Source of the DNA: Bdellovibrionales bacterium | Lineage (GTDB): Bacteria > Bdellovibrionota > Bdellovibrionia > Bdellovibrionales > JAGQZY01 | Assembly (NCBI GenBank): GCA_964230645.1 | Contig: CAXRHT010000002.1 | Span: forward strand, 1,568,001 to 1,632,000 | DNA: 64,000 bases | Direction: 5' to 3' | Part shown: piece by piece, positions 19,718 to 29,462 of the stretch | Numbering within the stretch: position 1 is the stretch's first letter | Layout of the letters: each line of letters opens with the position of its first letter | The notes under the pieces: generated by a model | Database searches by the model: none | Seen by the model: the letters and a program-made list of their open reading frames with translations, nothing else | Told to the model about the DNA's origin: nothing | Made by a program: the position numbers and the translations under genes

Positions 19718-19733
19718 TGCAAAATTAAGTCCA
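19718..19733 (-). promoter_or_regulatory. Sigma-54 promoter-like site
   Basis: Minus strand TGGACTTAATTTTGCA, GG-N10-GC; predicted +1 about 3 nt before ATG 19704. Confidence 0.55.
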
Positions 19734-19784
19734 AACAACAAGATCTGCAGTCATTTTTACAGTATCGTTGAAGGGGAATTTGGA

Positions 19785-20660
19785 TTAAATATTCTCAAGC
19801 CCTGCTTGCTGATCGATATCTTGGAGGAGACGGAAATAATAGCCCTTTCCTATGGGCTCTCCATTGAGGTAGTAAACATCCTCTTTAATCTCTAAGTTTT
19901 CTTTAATCACTTTGTGATAAAGAACAGCCTTAAAGCCCTTATGAAAACTCACTTCATCGGTCCGCCTGTAAAACTCTTTTGTGTCAGCTTCTTCGTTCGT
20001 GATTGAGGGGCGCTGACTTTGATATCGAACCCGAAGGGTGTAGTCGAAGGTTCCGAAACCCTGAGACTCCCCTCGGACTCTGGAAGTGACTTGCTCATAG
20101 GTTCTATGCTTCCCCCGCCATTCACGCTCTGTTTTCTCAAACTGGGTGACTAGATTCATAAAAGCAATATCAGTTTCCACACCCTTATCTTTGGCATAAA
20201 AAGTTTTCTCCTCACTGATTGTAATTTCGCTTTCGCTCTCTTCTTCGTTTTCTCTACGCTCTCTTAAGAAAAGAGTTCGAATATTACAGTCATCTCCTCC
20301 TATGGTAGCCTGGAAATCTTTATCCTGACTCCCCGTTTGGGCCAAATGACAATTCTGAAAATCAACAGAGTTTTTCAACTGATCGCGAAAGACTTTTCGA
20401 GAAATTATGGGACGCCCATCAACAACAAGGTTTACGGTTTCACTACTCTCGCTTCTGGGTCGATGCTCAACAAAATGGAAAACATCTCCCAGGGCCCCAT
20501 TGATATTTTGAAATCGCGTGGCCTCTTTCCTATCCAGCGATTTGAGGTCGCCCCCAGGGATATTGGAAGCATCTTCATCAGTTTCAACCGCCGGACCACA
20601 AGCTTCTAAAAAAACTAAAATTGCGATTAAAATAAATCGGTGCCTAAGTTGTCGGGGCAT
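19785..20660 (-). CDS. Hypothetical lipoprotein, beta-rich
   Basis: Lipobox FLEAC; AGGAG RBS. Confidence 0.75.
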   Translation of the reverse strand: MPRQLRHRFILIAILVFLEACGPAVETDEDASNIPGGDLKSLDRKEATRFQNINGALGDVFHFVEHRPRSESSETVNLVVDGRPIISRKVFRDQLKNSVDFQNCHLAQTGSQDKDFQATIGGDDCNIRTLFLRERRENEEESESEITISEEKTFYAKDKGVETDIAFMNLVTQFEKTEREWRGKHRTYEQVTSRVRGESQGFGTFDYTLRVRYQSQRPSITNEEADTKEFYRRTDEVSFHKGFKAVLYHKVIKENLEIKEDVYYLNGEPIGKGYYFRLLQDIDQQAGLENI

Positions 20661-20970
20661 GGAGATTCTCCTATGTTGGACAGATTAATTTTGTCTTTAT
20701 ATTACCCAAAAAAACAATGAGGCCCAATCTTTCAAAACCCAAGGACTCTCCAAAATTTGACTTAAACACTCCACATTTAAGATTCTGTTAAGAAAGCCTC
20801 GATCCAGAAAAATGATAGAAATGACCTAAGTCATTAAATTTACTTGGCATATATGAGACTCATTAGACTCCAAACCAATTGATAGCTAAGGGGCGCCACT
20901 TGCTCATAACAGAAATCTTTGGATTTATTCGTGATTTTTGATAAGTAAGAGCCAGTTATTGGGGGACACA

Positions 20971-21426
20971 ATGCTTAGATTAATAGCAATTTTTTTACTC
21001 GCCACTCTACCTTCTCTAGTTTGGGCCAATGCTGATGCCTGTGATATCGAAGACTCACCTCAAGAGTCAGCCATTTCCTGCGAAGATATACGCATTTCAC
21101 ATTCTAAAGATAAAGCTACGATCGAGTTTGTTGATGGCTTTACCCTCTTTTTTCAATTCGGCCAGACCGCCCTGGAAGATAAGGTAAAATATCAATCGGG
21201 AGACCGGGCAGAAGCTAAGGTAACAAGTCGTGACCAACAGATCGTTTCTCGTTTGGCAAAATATATGGGTAATGAGCTAACGACCATAGAAGCAAAAGTG
21301 ATTGATCTTTTTAATCAGTTTCCTATGAATCGACCACTTAATGCCGATGATCCGGTCACTGGTGGCGAAGTGCCTTGGCCCATTCCTGAGGATGGGGAAA
21401 AGCCCGATAAGCCCAGGCAAGATTAA
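20971..21426 (+). CDS. Secreted hypothetical protein
   Basis: GGGGGA RBS, signal peptide MLRLIAIFLLATLPSLVWA. Confidence 0.7.
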   Translation: MLRLIAIFLLATLPSLVWANADACDIEDSPQESAISCEDIRISHSKDKATIEFVDGFTLFFQFGQTALEDKVKYQSGDRAEAKVTSRDQQIVSRLAKYMGNELTTIEAKVIDLFNQFPMNRPLNADDPVTGGEVPWPIPEDGEKPDKPRQD

Positions 21427-21445
21427 ATCCCTTCGTGAAGAGTCT

Positions 21446-23335
21446 TTAAAGCTTTTCTCGAAAAACTTTTTCTAACCTTTCTAAACTAAAATCATCAGGA
21501 GAAATAGGTTTGTGAAAACGAACTTGCACCTTTCTCCTTTTCACTCGGTCCTTATTTTTAGCTTTGGAGAAAATTGAGGGCCACATTCCCTCGATTGTAG
21601 CTGGAACCACCGGCACCGGATTGTTTTTTAAAATCTTCAGAATCCCAGGCTTGAGAGGCCCCAACTCTCCATCAAGAGTTAGCTGGCCTTCAGGGAAAAT
21701 ACCGACAGCCTCACCTTCTTTTAAGCTTAAGGCAACACGCTCAAAAGCCTCATTCATAAGTTTTTCATTTTCCTTTTTGCCGGCAATAGGAATCACCTTA
21801 GCCTGCTTCATAAGAAAGCGAATTCCTGGAATTTTAAAAAACTGATAATACATCACAAAATTTATGGGTCTTTTGCAAGCCCCTGATAAGATCAACCAAT
21901 CGACATAGGTCACATGATTAGAAACCAAAATAAAGGGGCCTTGCTTAGGGATATTTTCTAAGCCTTTTGTGTCGATGGAATAAATAATTCGTGACAGCAC
22001 CCAAGAATAAAATCGTAAGGTGAACTCCGGAACAACTAAATAGATATAGATCGCTACAACCATATTCATTGCCGCAAAAGTTAGAAATATTTCGGCAGGG
22101 TTCATACCCCAACCGTAAAAAACCATTAGTAAAAGACTTGCAGCCACCATAAAAAGAGCGTTCATGATATTAAGACTAGCTATCACACGTGAGCGTTTAT
22201 CCGGGTCACTGCGCTCTTGTAGAAGAGTATAAAGGGGAACAATAAAAAGGCCCCCAAAAACAGACATGGTGAAAAAATCAAAGATAATTCGACGCCCTTC
22301 CCACAGGGAGAACAGATCACTGATCCCCACCGACTCGGGAGCTTGGGAAAGCCAAGGAGACCCTACGAAATATAAATCTCCAATAAAAAGAGTGAGCCCA
22401 AGTGAGCCTATAGGAACAAGACCTAGTTCCGCTCTTTTGTACGAAAGTTTTTCACAAAGAATCGAACCTATCCCTACACCAAGGGTAAAGGTGGCTAAAA
22501 ATAAGGTGGCCACAGCCCCCGTGCCATTGAGAAAATCTTTAACGTAAATAGGTAAAACCGAAAGTATTCCCGCTCCAAAAAACCAAAACCAAGAGATGGC
22601 TAAAACGGAATTAAAAAGTACGACTTTTGCGCGAATGATTTTCCAAAGTGAAACAAACTCAGGAAAAGGATTGTATTGAATTTTCAAATCTTTATCGCCC
22701 ACCTTCACTTTCGGAACACCACGAGCACTGAAGTAACCTAAAAGGGCAAAGACCAATAAGCCTACAGCGATAATGGGCCTTTTGTTAGGAATGGACTCCA
22801 TGGCACCGCCAGCAATCGTTCCAAGAAGAATGGATAGAAATGTTCCAAGCTCAATATAAGCGTTACCGGTGACGAGTTCGTCAGGATCAAGAAGCTCTGG
22901 AAGAATAGAGTACTTTACAGGGCCAAAAAATGTCGACTGTGTTCCCATTAAAAATAAAACACCGAGAAGTAACACATAGGATTCGGTCAGAAAACCAAGA
23001 GCAGCTACGACCATTATGATGATTTCCCAAATTTTAGTGAGACGCACAATTTTTGATTTCTCAAACTTATCAGAAAGTTGTCCGGCAATGGGTGAGAAGA
23101 GAAAGAAAGGAAGAATAAAAAGTCCACCAGCAAGAGCCACTAAGCTTTTATAGTCCATGCCGAGCAGTTGTATGCCACTAAAAGCTACAATCATTATAAG
23201 GGCATTTTTAAAAAAGTTATCGTTGAAAGCCCCCCAAAACTGGGTCCAAAAGAAAGGTGTGAACTTTTTATGACTCGCCATCATTTTCCACGCCACAGCG
23301 AAACTCCTTAAGAAGACATTACAAATGCCCCTCAA
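21446..23335 (-). CDS. MFS transporter fused to a PlsC-type acyltransferase (LplT/Aas-like)
   Basis: TQFWGAFNDNFFKNA, FFGPVKYSILP, about 12 TM segments, then NHVTYVD and IFPEG acyltransferase motifs. Real start probably near 23284. Confidence 0.9.
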   Translation of the reverse strand: MRGICNVFLRSFAVAWKMMASHKKFTPFFWTQFWGAFNDNFFKNALIMIVAFSGIQLLGMDYKSLVALAGGLFILPFFLFSPIAGQLSDKFEKSKIVRLTKIWEIIIMVVAALGFLTESYVLLLGVLFLMGTQSTFFGPVKYSILPELLDPDELVTGNAYIELGTFLSILLGTIAGGAMESIPNKRPIIAVGLLVFALLGYFSARGVPKVKVGDKDLKIQYNPFPEFVSLWKIIRAKVVLFNSVLAISWFWFFGAGILSVLPIYVKDFLNGTGAVATLFLATFTLGVGIGSILCEKLSYKRAELGLVPIGSLGLTLFIGDLYFVGSPWLSQAPESVGISDLFSLWEGRRIIFDFFTMSVFGGLFIVPLYTLLQERSDPDKRSRVIASLNIMNALFMVAASLLLMVFYGWGMNPAEIFLTFAAMNMVVAIYIYLVVPEFTLRFYSWVLSRIIYSIDTKGLENIPKQGPFILVSNHVTYVDWLILSGACKRPINFVMYYQFFKIPGIRFLMKQAKVIPIAGKKENEKLMNEAFERVALSLKEGEAVGIFPEGQLTLDGELGPLKPGILKILKNNPVPVVPATIEGMWPSIFSKAKNKDRVKRRKVQVRFHKPISPDDFSLERLEKVFREKL

Positions 23336-23388
23336 GTAGAAAATGAATAGATCAAAAGATCAAAGAGTTTATAGCAATAAGTTTAGAA

Positions 23389-24117
23389 TTAAGCACCACA
23401 TTGAAATCGGGCGAGTACGGACATTTGGTCCACCATTTGTCCGCCAATATCAGAGAGGATCTCGTATTTCACGTTTTTTACCTCTTTTAGATAAGAATCA
23501 AATGTCAGAACTTTTTTTAGATAACGACGATCACCCATTTTTTTCACAATTTCGTAGTTGTGAGTTTCGGGATCATAGACCCAGTAAGGTATAACTGTTT
23601 CATTAACAACAATTTCTTCTTTACTCTCAAAGCTAGTAACAGGGTACTGACCCAGGAGAATTTCACCTTCATTTTCACCATTAATTATAGATTCAAAAGG
23701 GCCATCTTTCATGCCGTCCTTTACGGTGATTTTGATAAGGTACCGAGGATCTTCTAGGCTAGCAGGGGCTTTTTTTCTTTTAAAACGTGAAATATTTATT
23801 TCACATTCTTTCTCTTCATCAAGCTCATCGGATAGAGTAAACTCTGAGCTCTCGTCAGCCCAAGGGTATCCTGGCAGAGTCGTCTGACTCTCAACAAACT
23901 TTGCCGTATCCACTTGAGAGACAAAGTATTGAGCGGTTTTGCGATCAGTCTGAGGAAGGGGCACGCTCTCTTCGATACGTACATTTCCATCACCAATCAA
24001 AAACTTCATTGGTTTTTCTTTTTTAGTGTCTGCTTCATTTTTTGCATTGTGAGAGCAAGCCACTAAACATAATATCGGAGCCCAAAGGGCGACAACTACT
24101 AAAACCTTTTTTCCCAT
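23389..24117 (-). CDS. Hypothetical lipoprotein
   Basis: MGKKVLVVVALWAPILCLVAC lipobox. Confidence 0.7.
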   Translation of the reverse strand: MGKKVLVVVALWAPILCLVACSHNAKNEADTKKEKPMKFLIGDGNVRIEESVPLPQTDRKTAQYFVSQVDTAKFVESQTTLPGYPWADESSEFTLSDELDEEKECEINISRFKRKKAPASLEDPRYLIKITVKDGMKDGPFESIINGENEGEILLGQYPVTSFESKEEIVVNETVIPYWVYDPETHNYEIVKKMGDRRYLKKVLTFDSYLKEVKNVKYEILSDIGGQMVDQMSVLARFQCGA

Positions 24118-24391
24118 AGAGAAAAGTATAAACCCATTGAAAATCCCCGCCAAACCTAATTTCCTCGGGATCGAAATATTATGATACAAAAAATCGTCAG
24201 TTAAAAACCAAGGCCTTCTTTCAAATTCTGTTCGATTTCAGAGTTTCATTTTTATCCAAAAGTTCTGTTTCAGCATCACACACAATTTAGTCCAAAGATC
24301 GGTATTTTGTAGAACTTTATTATAGTCCTTTTTTCCTGGACGGAGATCAATAGAGATTTTTTCTCCGCTCAAAAACTGATACATTCCTCCT

Positions 24392-24880
24392 ATGCGGTTT
24401 ATTTGTGTGTGGATAATTGCCCCGTTATTTATTCTCATATCTGTTTTACAGATCGTCGGTGAAGGTCGAGAGGACTTTCCTTTTTCAAAATGGGGTATGT
24501 ATAGTGATCTTAAAAAAACAGGCCCTGCTGGAAAGACCGTTTTGAATCTTCATTCCCAAGGATCGTCCATCAATGCGATGAAATATGTCTCAAGTCACTA
24601 TACTCTTCAAAGAGTGATGCGTAGAAAGTTTCGTAAACTCTTTCCAAAGAAAAAAGGGGGCAATGCTCAAAATAGTGAAGCGATTGAAAAATCTCGAAAA
24701 TTTATCAAAGACCTTGTGGAAACTCATATTATTGACGATATTAGAAAACATCACGGCCCGCAGGATAAAAAAGCACGACTTGTGGTCGAATGGTTGGAAT
24801 GGGATCATTTGAGTCGTAAAAATCTCTTTAATCCAGACCGAAGGATTCTACTCTACGATGAAAAGCTTTATCCTCACTAG
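24392..24880 (+). CDS. Membrane-anchored partner of an HTTM-like protein (PFSxxxMYS motif)
   Basis: N-terminal TM followed by FPFSKWGMYS; overlaps the next gene. Confidence 0.6.
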   Translation: MRFICVWIIAPLFILISVLQIVGEGREDFPFSKWGMYSDLKKTGPAGKTVLNLHSQGSSINAMKYVSSHYTLQRVMRRKFRKLFPKKKGGNAQNSEAIEKSRKFIKDLVETHIIDDIRKHHGPQDKKARLVVEWLEWDHLSRKNLFNPDRRILLYDEKLYPH

Positions 24881-25742
24881 TAAAAGACTTTGGATCGATT
24901 TTTGGACTCCTGCTGTGCACCCAACAGGGCTTGCCATAGTACGTATCATTGTTTTCATTGGTGCGTTTGTTCTGGTGGACTCAATTTCTTTTGATAGCTC
25001 TTTACACCAAGAGCAATATTGGGCCCCTATAAGCTTCTATCAACTTTTCCCCGCTCACTTTTTGACGGCCGATTTGCTGCTATGGCTCCGGCCCTTCTGC
25101 CAGATTCTTCTGATTTGCGCCGCCCTTGGGTTCGTCTTCCCTATCAGCGGACCATCTTCAGCACTGCTTTTTTTAATCCTCGCCGGATATAAGTTCAACT
25201 TTGGCAAAGTTCATCATCCGTATCAAATGCTAGCAATGAGCGTTTTAATTTTAGGCTTTTCCCCCGCCCACTCCCGCTTGTCACTCGATAATTTTTTTAA
25301 AATGACAAAAAAGAAACCTCCATGGAAATACGGATTCCCTCTACGCCTGATCATGTTCCATGTGGCCTTCGTTATGACACTTAACGGGGTATTAAAACTA
25401 TGGCATTCCGGCTGGAAATGGGTTTTCTCTGATAACCTAGCCATGCACCTTTTTTACCTTCCCGTCATTCCTGAAACCACCCTACTCCTTTTGGAGAAAG
25501 CCCCTTTTATCTTTATAATCTTTGCAGGTTGTACGGTTCTAATAGAAAGTCTCTCTTTCTTAGCTTTTTGGAATTTTTACTCAGCCTTTTTCTTTTTTCT
25601 CTCATGGTCTCTTTTTCATATGGGAGTTCACTTTGTGATGGGAGGTCACACCGATTTTTTCACTCAGATTTTGAGCTATAGTGCTTTTCCTCTGTTTTTT
25701 GTATATAGAATCTCTGAGAACAAGAACAGACCTACAAATTAA
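24858..25742 (+). CDS. HTTM-like (vitamin K-dependent carboxylase-related) polytopic membrane protein
   Basis: LAIVRI, FGKVHH, LSLD, P.RLI, NG..KL...GW.W, E...F, FH.G pattern with about 8 TM segments. Confidence 0.6.
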   Translation: MKSFILTSKRLWIDFWTPAVHPTGLAIVRIIVFIGAFVLVDSISFDSSLHQEQYWAPISFYQLFPAHFLTADLLLWLRPFCQILLICAALGFVFPISGPSSALLFLILAGYKFNFGKVHHPYQMLAMSVLILGFSPAHSRLSLDNFFKMTKKKPPWKYGFPLRLIMFHVAFVMTLNGVLKLWHSGWKWVFSDNLAMHLFYLPVIPETTLLLLEKAPFIFIIFAGCTVLIESLSFLAFWNFYSAFFFFLSWSLFHMGVHFVMGGHTDFFTQILSYSAFPLFFVYRISENKNRPTN

Positions 25743-25918
25743 CGTTTTAAGTTCCGAATGAAACCCCTTTTTTCCCTATTTTTTTATTGATGATTTCCGA
25801 CCAAAATTTATACCAAATTGCCTATATCTATTACTCTGTTTCAATTCGGAACAGGCTCATAGAGAAATACTGATAAATTGCTATAATAAAAACTCAGGGA
25901 AGTTTTGGGGGTCCAATC

Positions 25919-27139
25919 TTGTTTAATTTTCGCTCCGTTTTTTATTTAATAGCTGGCTTGGTTTGTATCCTCTTTTACAACAATTGTGGAAAAGCCTTTC
26001 AGCCCACCTACGAAGGAGAGGCGGCAAGCTCCGAACAAATCAATCAAACTCCGTCTCAAGAGGAACCAACAGGGCCCGATTCTCCAAATCCACCTGGTAA
26101 TAATGCTGACGGCACTGATAATAACCAAACCCCAACGAATCCACAGTACCCTCACGGAGGCCCTGCCATCTTGGCGGCCGGACATTTCCAATCAACGATG
26201 TACTCCTGTGATGGCGGCAAGAGCTGGGAGGGATACCAAAGCACGACAGATACAAGACGCTGTTACGATCGAAACGCTGATGACTTTGATTGCAATCATT
26301 CAGAGGGCGCTCCCATTGGTGTTGCTTGGGGAAAAGAGGCCGGTTTTATGGTCACCTTTGGTTGGGGACAACCTGGACAAGTGGTACGCTCAAAAGACGG
26401 CAACACCTGGACGCAAGTTCATCAAGGTTCCACCTTTGCTGGAGTCTCTTACGGTAACGGACATTATTATTTAAACGCGCGCAGAAACAACCTCATCTCC
26501 TCTGACGGTGGAGACAATTGGACGACCGGTAACGGAGCGGCCACCACCCCCTACAATCAACGAAAAACTTTTTTTACACCTGGAGGGGGAGGGCGATTTC
26601 TCACTCTCGCTTCTTCAGGAGATGTAGTGGATCTAATGATTTCAAAAGACAATGGATTAAACTTTGAACACCCGACAACACTCCCTGCTGGATGTGGAAA
26701 CGGTTCCTTTGCCGTGGGTAATCAGTCAATTATCATTCTCTCACAGAATACTTGTATGAGTTTAGATCATGGTGACACTTGGATTCCCTCACCCGCCCTT
26801 GATGGTGTGGATAGTATTGTGTTTAACGGATCTGAATTTAGAGCCTACGGAAGGGGCTTTTTCATGCGCTCACCTGATGGAGAAACCAATTGGGAACGGG
26901 TTGAAGTTACTTTGGATGGTGAAAACTCTAACCCTTACCTAAACCATGTGGTCTATCAAAAAGATCTCAAGCGTTACTCGGCCACCAGTCAGAGATGGCA
27001 AAATTGGTATGAGAGTACAGAGTTTTATTGGAGCGATGATGGTGTAAACTGGCATACCGTGGAAGCTGATAAAGCTCCCACAGCGCCTCACCCGATCCGT
27101 GCGATCGGCACGGGGTATCTGGAGTCTTGTTCACGTTAG
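25919..27139 (+). CDS. Lipoprotein-like beta-propeller with BNR/Asp-box repeats
   Basis: YNNC signal end, Pro/Asn linker, about seven SxDxGxxW-type boxes (SCDGGKSW, SKDGNTW, SSDGGDNW, SKDNGLNF, SLDHGDTW, SPDGETNW, SDDGVNW). Confidence 0.8.
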   Translation: MFNFRSVFYLIAGLVCILFYNNCGKAFQPTYEGEAASSEQINQTPSQEEPTGPDSPNPPGNNADGTDNNQTPTNPQYPHGGPAILAAGHFQSTMYSCDGGKSWEGYQSTTDTRRCYDRNADDFDCNHSEGAPIGVAWGKEAGFMVTFGWGQPGQVVRSKDGNTWTQVHQGSTFAGVSYGNGHYYLNARRNNLISSDGGDNWTTGNGAATTPYNQRKTFFTPGGGGRFLTLASSGDVVDLMISKDNGLNFEHPTTLPAGCGNGSFAVGNQSIIILSQNTCMSLDHGDTWIPSPALDGVDSIVFNGSEFRAYGRGFFMRSPDGETNWERVEVTLDGENSNPYLNHVVYQKDLKRYSATSQRWQNWYESTEFYWSDDGVNWHTVEADKAPTAPHPIRAIGTGYLESCSR

Positions 27140-27145
27140 TCTCTT

Positions 27146-28267
27146 CTAGTGAACAACTTCTCCGCGATTGGGTGGATCAATTTCTTTAGCAGAATTTTTC
27201 TTATCATCACCGAGCTTTCGAAGAGTTTCCATATCGATCACATGGCGAAAATCCCCCTCGTTTCCGCTTGCCAAAGTGTCGTAGACCGAGTCGATCTCTT
27301 CGATCTTAATCATTTTCACATCCGGCTTAATGTCATGTTTGGCGCATAGATCTAAGACCTCTTGGGTCTCTTTAATACCACCAATCAATGAACCAGCAAG
27401 AGTGATACGGTTAAATACGAGAGGCCCTGATTCCACCCCCTCAAAGCCCATCATGTTTCCAACCACAATGAGTGCTGAGTTTGGCTTCATTAGATTAACG
27501 TAAGGGTTAATGTCGTGAGCCACTGGAATGGTGTTGATCATCATATCAAGGCTTTGAGCGGCTTTTTCCATTTCATCATCATTTTTAGAAATGACAACCT
27601 CGTCAGCTCCCATATCAAGAATCTTTTGTTTTTTGTCTTCACTGCGAGTAAAGGCCGTAACTTTAGCACCAAGAGCCTTACCAATTTTGATCGCCATATG
27701 CCCAAGGCCTCCAATTCCTGCCACTCCTAAATGCTGTCCCTTCTCAAGGTTCCAATGCTTCATTGGAGAATAAACCGTAATTCCGGCACACATAATGGGA
27801 CCAGCGTACTTGGGATCAATGTCGTTGGGGATTTCGAGCATAAACTCTTCTCGAACAATCATGTCAGTGGAATAGCCACCGTAAGTATTAGAACCATCTG
27901 GATTTTTAGTGCCGTTGTAGGTAAGAGTGCAACTCTTAGGCCCTTCGCAAAACTGCTCAAGATCATTTTTACAGGGATCACACTGCTGACAAGAATTCAC
28001 CATGCAACCAACACCCACAGTGTCGCCTTCTTTAAAGTTTTTTACACCTTCTCCAACGCCCGTTACGGTCCCCACAACTTCGTGGCCTGGGACACAAGGA
28101 TAGTTGGTATTGCCCCAGTCGTTCCTGGCTTGATGAAGGTCCGAGTGGCAAACCCCACAATGAGTCACTCGGAAAGCAACCTCACCGGCTCGCAATTCTT
28201 GCCTTTCAAACTTCATAGGTTCAAACTTTTTGTCTTCTCCTGTGGTTCCGTATCCGATTACATCCAT
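27146..28267 (-). CDS. Zn-dependent NAD(P) alcohol dehydrogenase (cinnamyl-ADH/YahK-like)
   Basis: CGVCHSD, GHE, C-x2-C-x2-C-x7-C structural Zn site, GIGGLG; AAGGAG RBS before ATG 28267. Confidence 0.93.
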   Translation of the reverse strand: MDVIGYGTTGEDKKFEPMKFERQELRAGEVAFRVTHCGVCHSDLHQARNDWGNTNYPCVPGHEVVGTVTGVGEGVKNFKEGDTVGVGCMVNSCQQCDPCKNDLEQFCEGPKSCTLTYNGTKNPDGSNTYGGYSTDMIVREEFMLEIPNDIDPKYAGPIMCAGITVYSPMKHWNLEKGQHLGVAGIGGLGHMAIKIGKALGAKVTAFTRSEDKKQKILDMGADEVVISKNDDEMEKAAQSLDMMINTIPVAHDINPYVNLMKPNSALIVVGNMMGFEGVESGPLVFNRITLAGSLIGGIKETQEVLDLCAKHDIKPDVKMIKIEEIDSVYDTLASGNEGDFRHVIDMETLRKLGDDKKNSAKEIDPPNRGEVVH

Positions 28268-28583
28268 TTTTGCCCTCTCCTTATTGTTGAGATCCTTTTT
28301 ATGAAGACTCATGAAACCAGAAACTATAATCTCAGGCAATAAACACCCCGACCCATTTCCTAAATCTGTACAATAAAATATATTTCAGCTCTTATTGTCT
28401 ACAAATCTAAACAAACTAAAACACTCCAAGGGGAGAACTTCCTAGAATCCTTTAAAAAAACTGAGATTCAGGGGCCTAATCAGAACCCAGCCATCTTCCC
28501 CTCCCCCACAAACTGTGCTATAACCAAAGATCGGCCTTTGCGCTTGCATTGAGCTCTCACCTCGAAATTTCGGAGGGTTGAAT

Positions 28584-28946
28584 GGGGGCGTAATGGCTTC
28601 GACGTGGATTTAGAAGCTTAAGGAGCATGCCGAGGTTGCATGGGGACCTCGTTAAACACGTGCACTTTTTTTAATTGGCGAATCTTTCGCTCCAGCAATG
28701 GCTGCCTAATAAGTAGTTTCATTGCTTGCCAACCTTGTCGTTGATGGGTCGACGAGATTTGGTATCACCTAAGCCATCTCGATTATAAAGTGTCGTTTCG
28801 AGCTTTATGATTTAAACTTTTCGGAGCAAGCCTAGCAGAGTTTGTCGGTGGAAGCTGCTAGGTTCAACAAACACCGACTAAGCATGTAGCTTGGCCTTAA
28901 CGTGGAAAATTCGCGGACCCGGGTTCAACTCCCGGCGCCTCCACCA
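28584..28946 (+). ncRNA. ssrA: tmRNA (SsrA); tag reading frame 28677-28709 = GESFAPAMAA*
   Basis: 5' GGGGGCG pairs with 3' CGCCTCC-ACCA and includes the G3.U Ala identity pair; 5' ...TTCGAC, T-arm CCGGG-TTCAACT-CCCGG; internal ORF ending in AA followed by TAA TAA. Confidence 0.96.
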
Positions 28947-28971
28947 CTTTGAAAATACTAGTAGTTTCAAA
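28947..28971. terminator. Hairpin immediately after tmRNA
   Basis: CTTTGAAA...TTTCAAAG inverted repeat. Confidence 0.5.
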
Positions 28972-29009
28972 GAGTTGAAACTTGCCAGTATTTGAGGTTG
29001 AACCCGTAA

Positions 29010-29369
29010 TCAAAGTTTGTATTTTTCCGACCAATTTTTAAGGTCCTCAAGAATTCCAAGAGCTGTCTTGCCAAACTTTGTTATCGAGTAATTCACCGTG
29101 ATTGGCCTTTCGCTCAAAAGCTCTCTTTTGATGAGACCCAACTCTTCCATTTCTTTTAGTCGTTGAGAGATCATTTTTTTACTAGCACCACCTAACTGCC
29201 GAGCGAGATCGTTGAACCGAATAGGCTCATCCTTCATATGCCAAAGAATCGAACCTTTCCACTTTCCACCAATAACTCTCATCCCTTTCTCAATAGGACA
29301 CGGTTCGTCACATACTTCAGAAGTGACCTTTTTCCGAGACTTTGCAGCCTTTCTTTTGCTTTTTGCTAT
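29010..29369 (-). CDS. HxlR/HypR-family winged-helix regulator (apparent ATA start)
   Basis: CPIE...IGGKWK, RFNDL, LKEME..GLI.R, V.YSIT..G. The conserved CP lies upstream of the first ATG, and GGAGG is 5 nt before ATA at 29369. Confidence 0.85.
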   Translation of the reverse strand: MAKSKRKAAKSRKKVTSEVCDEPCPIEKGMRVIGGKWKGSILWHMKDEPIRFNDLARQLGGASKKMISQRLKEMEELGLIKRELLSERPITVNYSITKFGKTALGILEDLKNWSEKYKL

Positions 29370-29380
29370 AATTCCCTCCA

Positions 29381-29420
29381 GGTTACAAAAAGTATACTGG
29401 TTGATAAAAGTAACTTACTT
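29381..29420. promoter_or_regulatory. Probable operator in the divergent hxlR/oxidoreductase promoter
   Basis: GTTAC...GTAAC inverted half-sites enclosing the AGTATACT palindrome. Confidence 0.4.
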
Positions 29421-29462
29421 GTTTAAGATAGCATTATCAACATTAAAAATAAAGAGGCTGAA

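Noticed and set aside
27731..28342. 203-aa plus-strand ORF
   Set aside because: Antisense shadow of the alcohol dehydrogenase gene.
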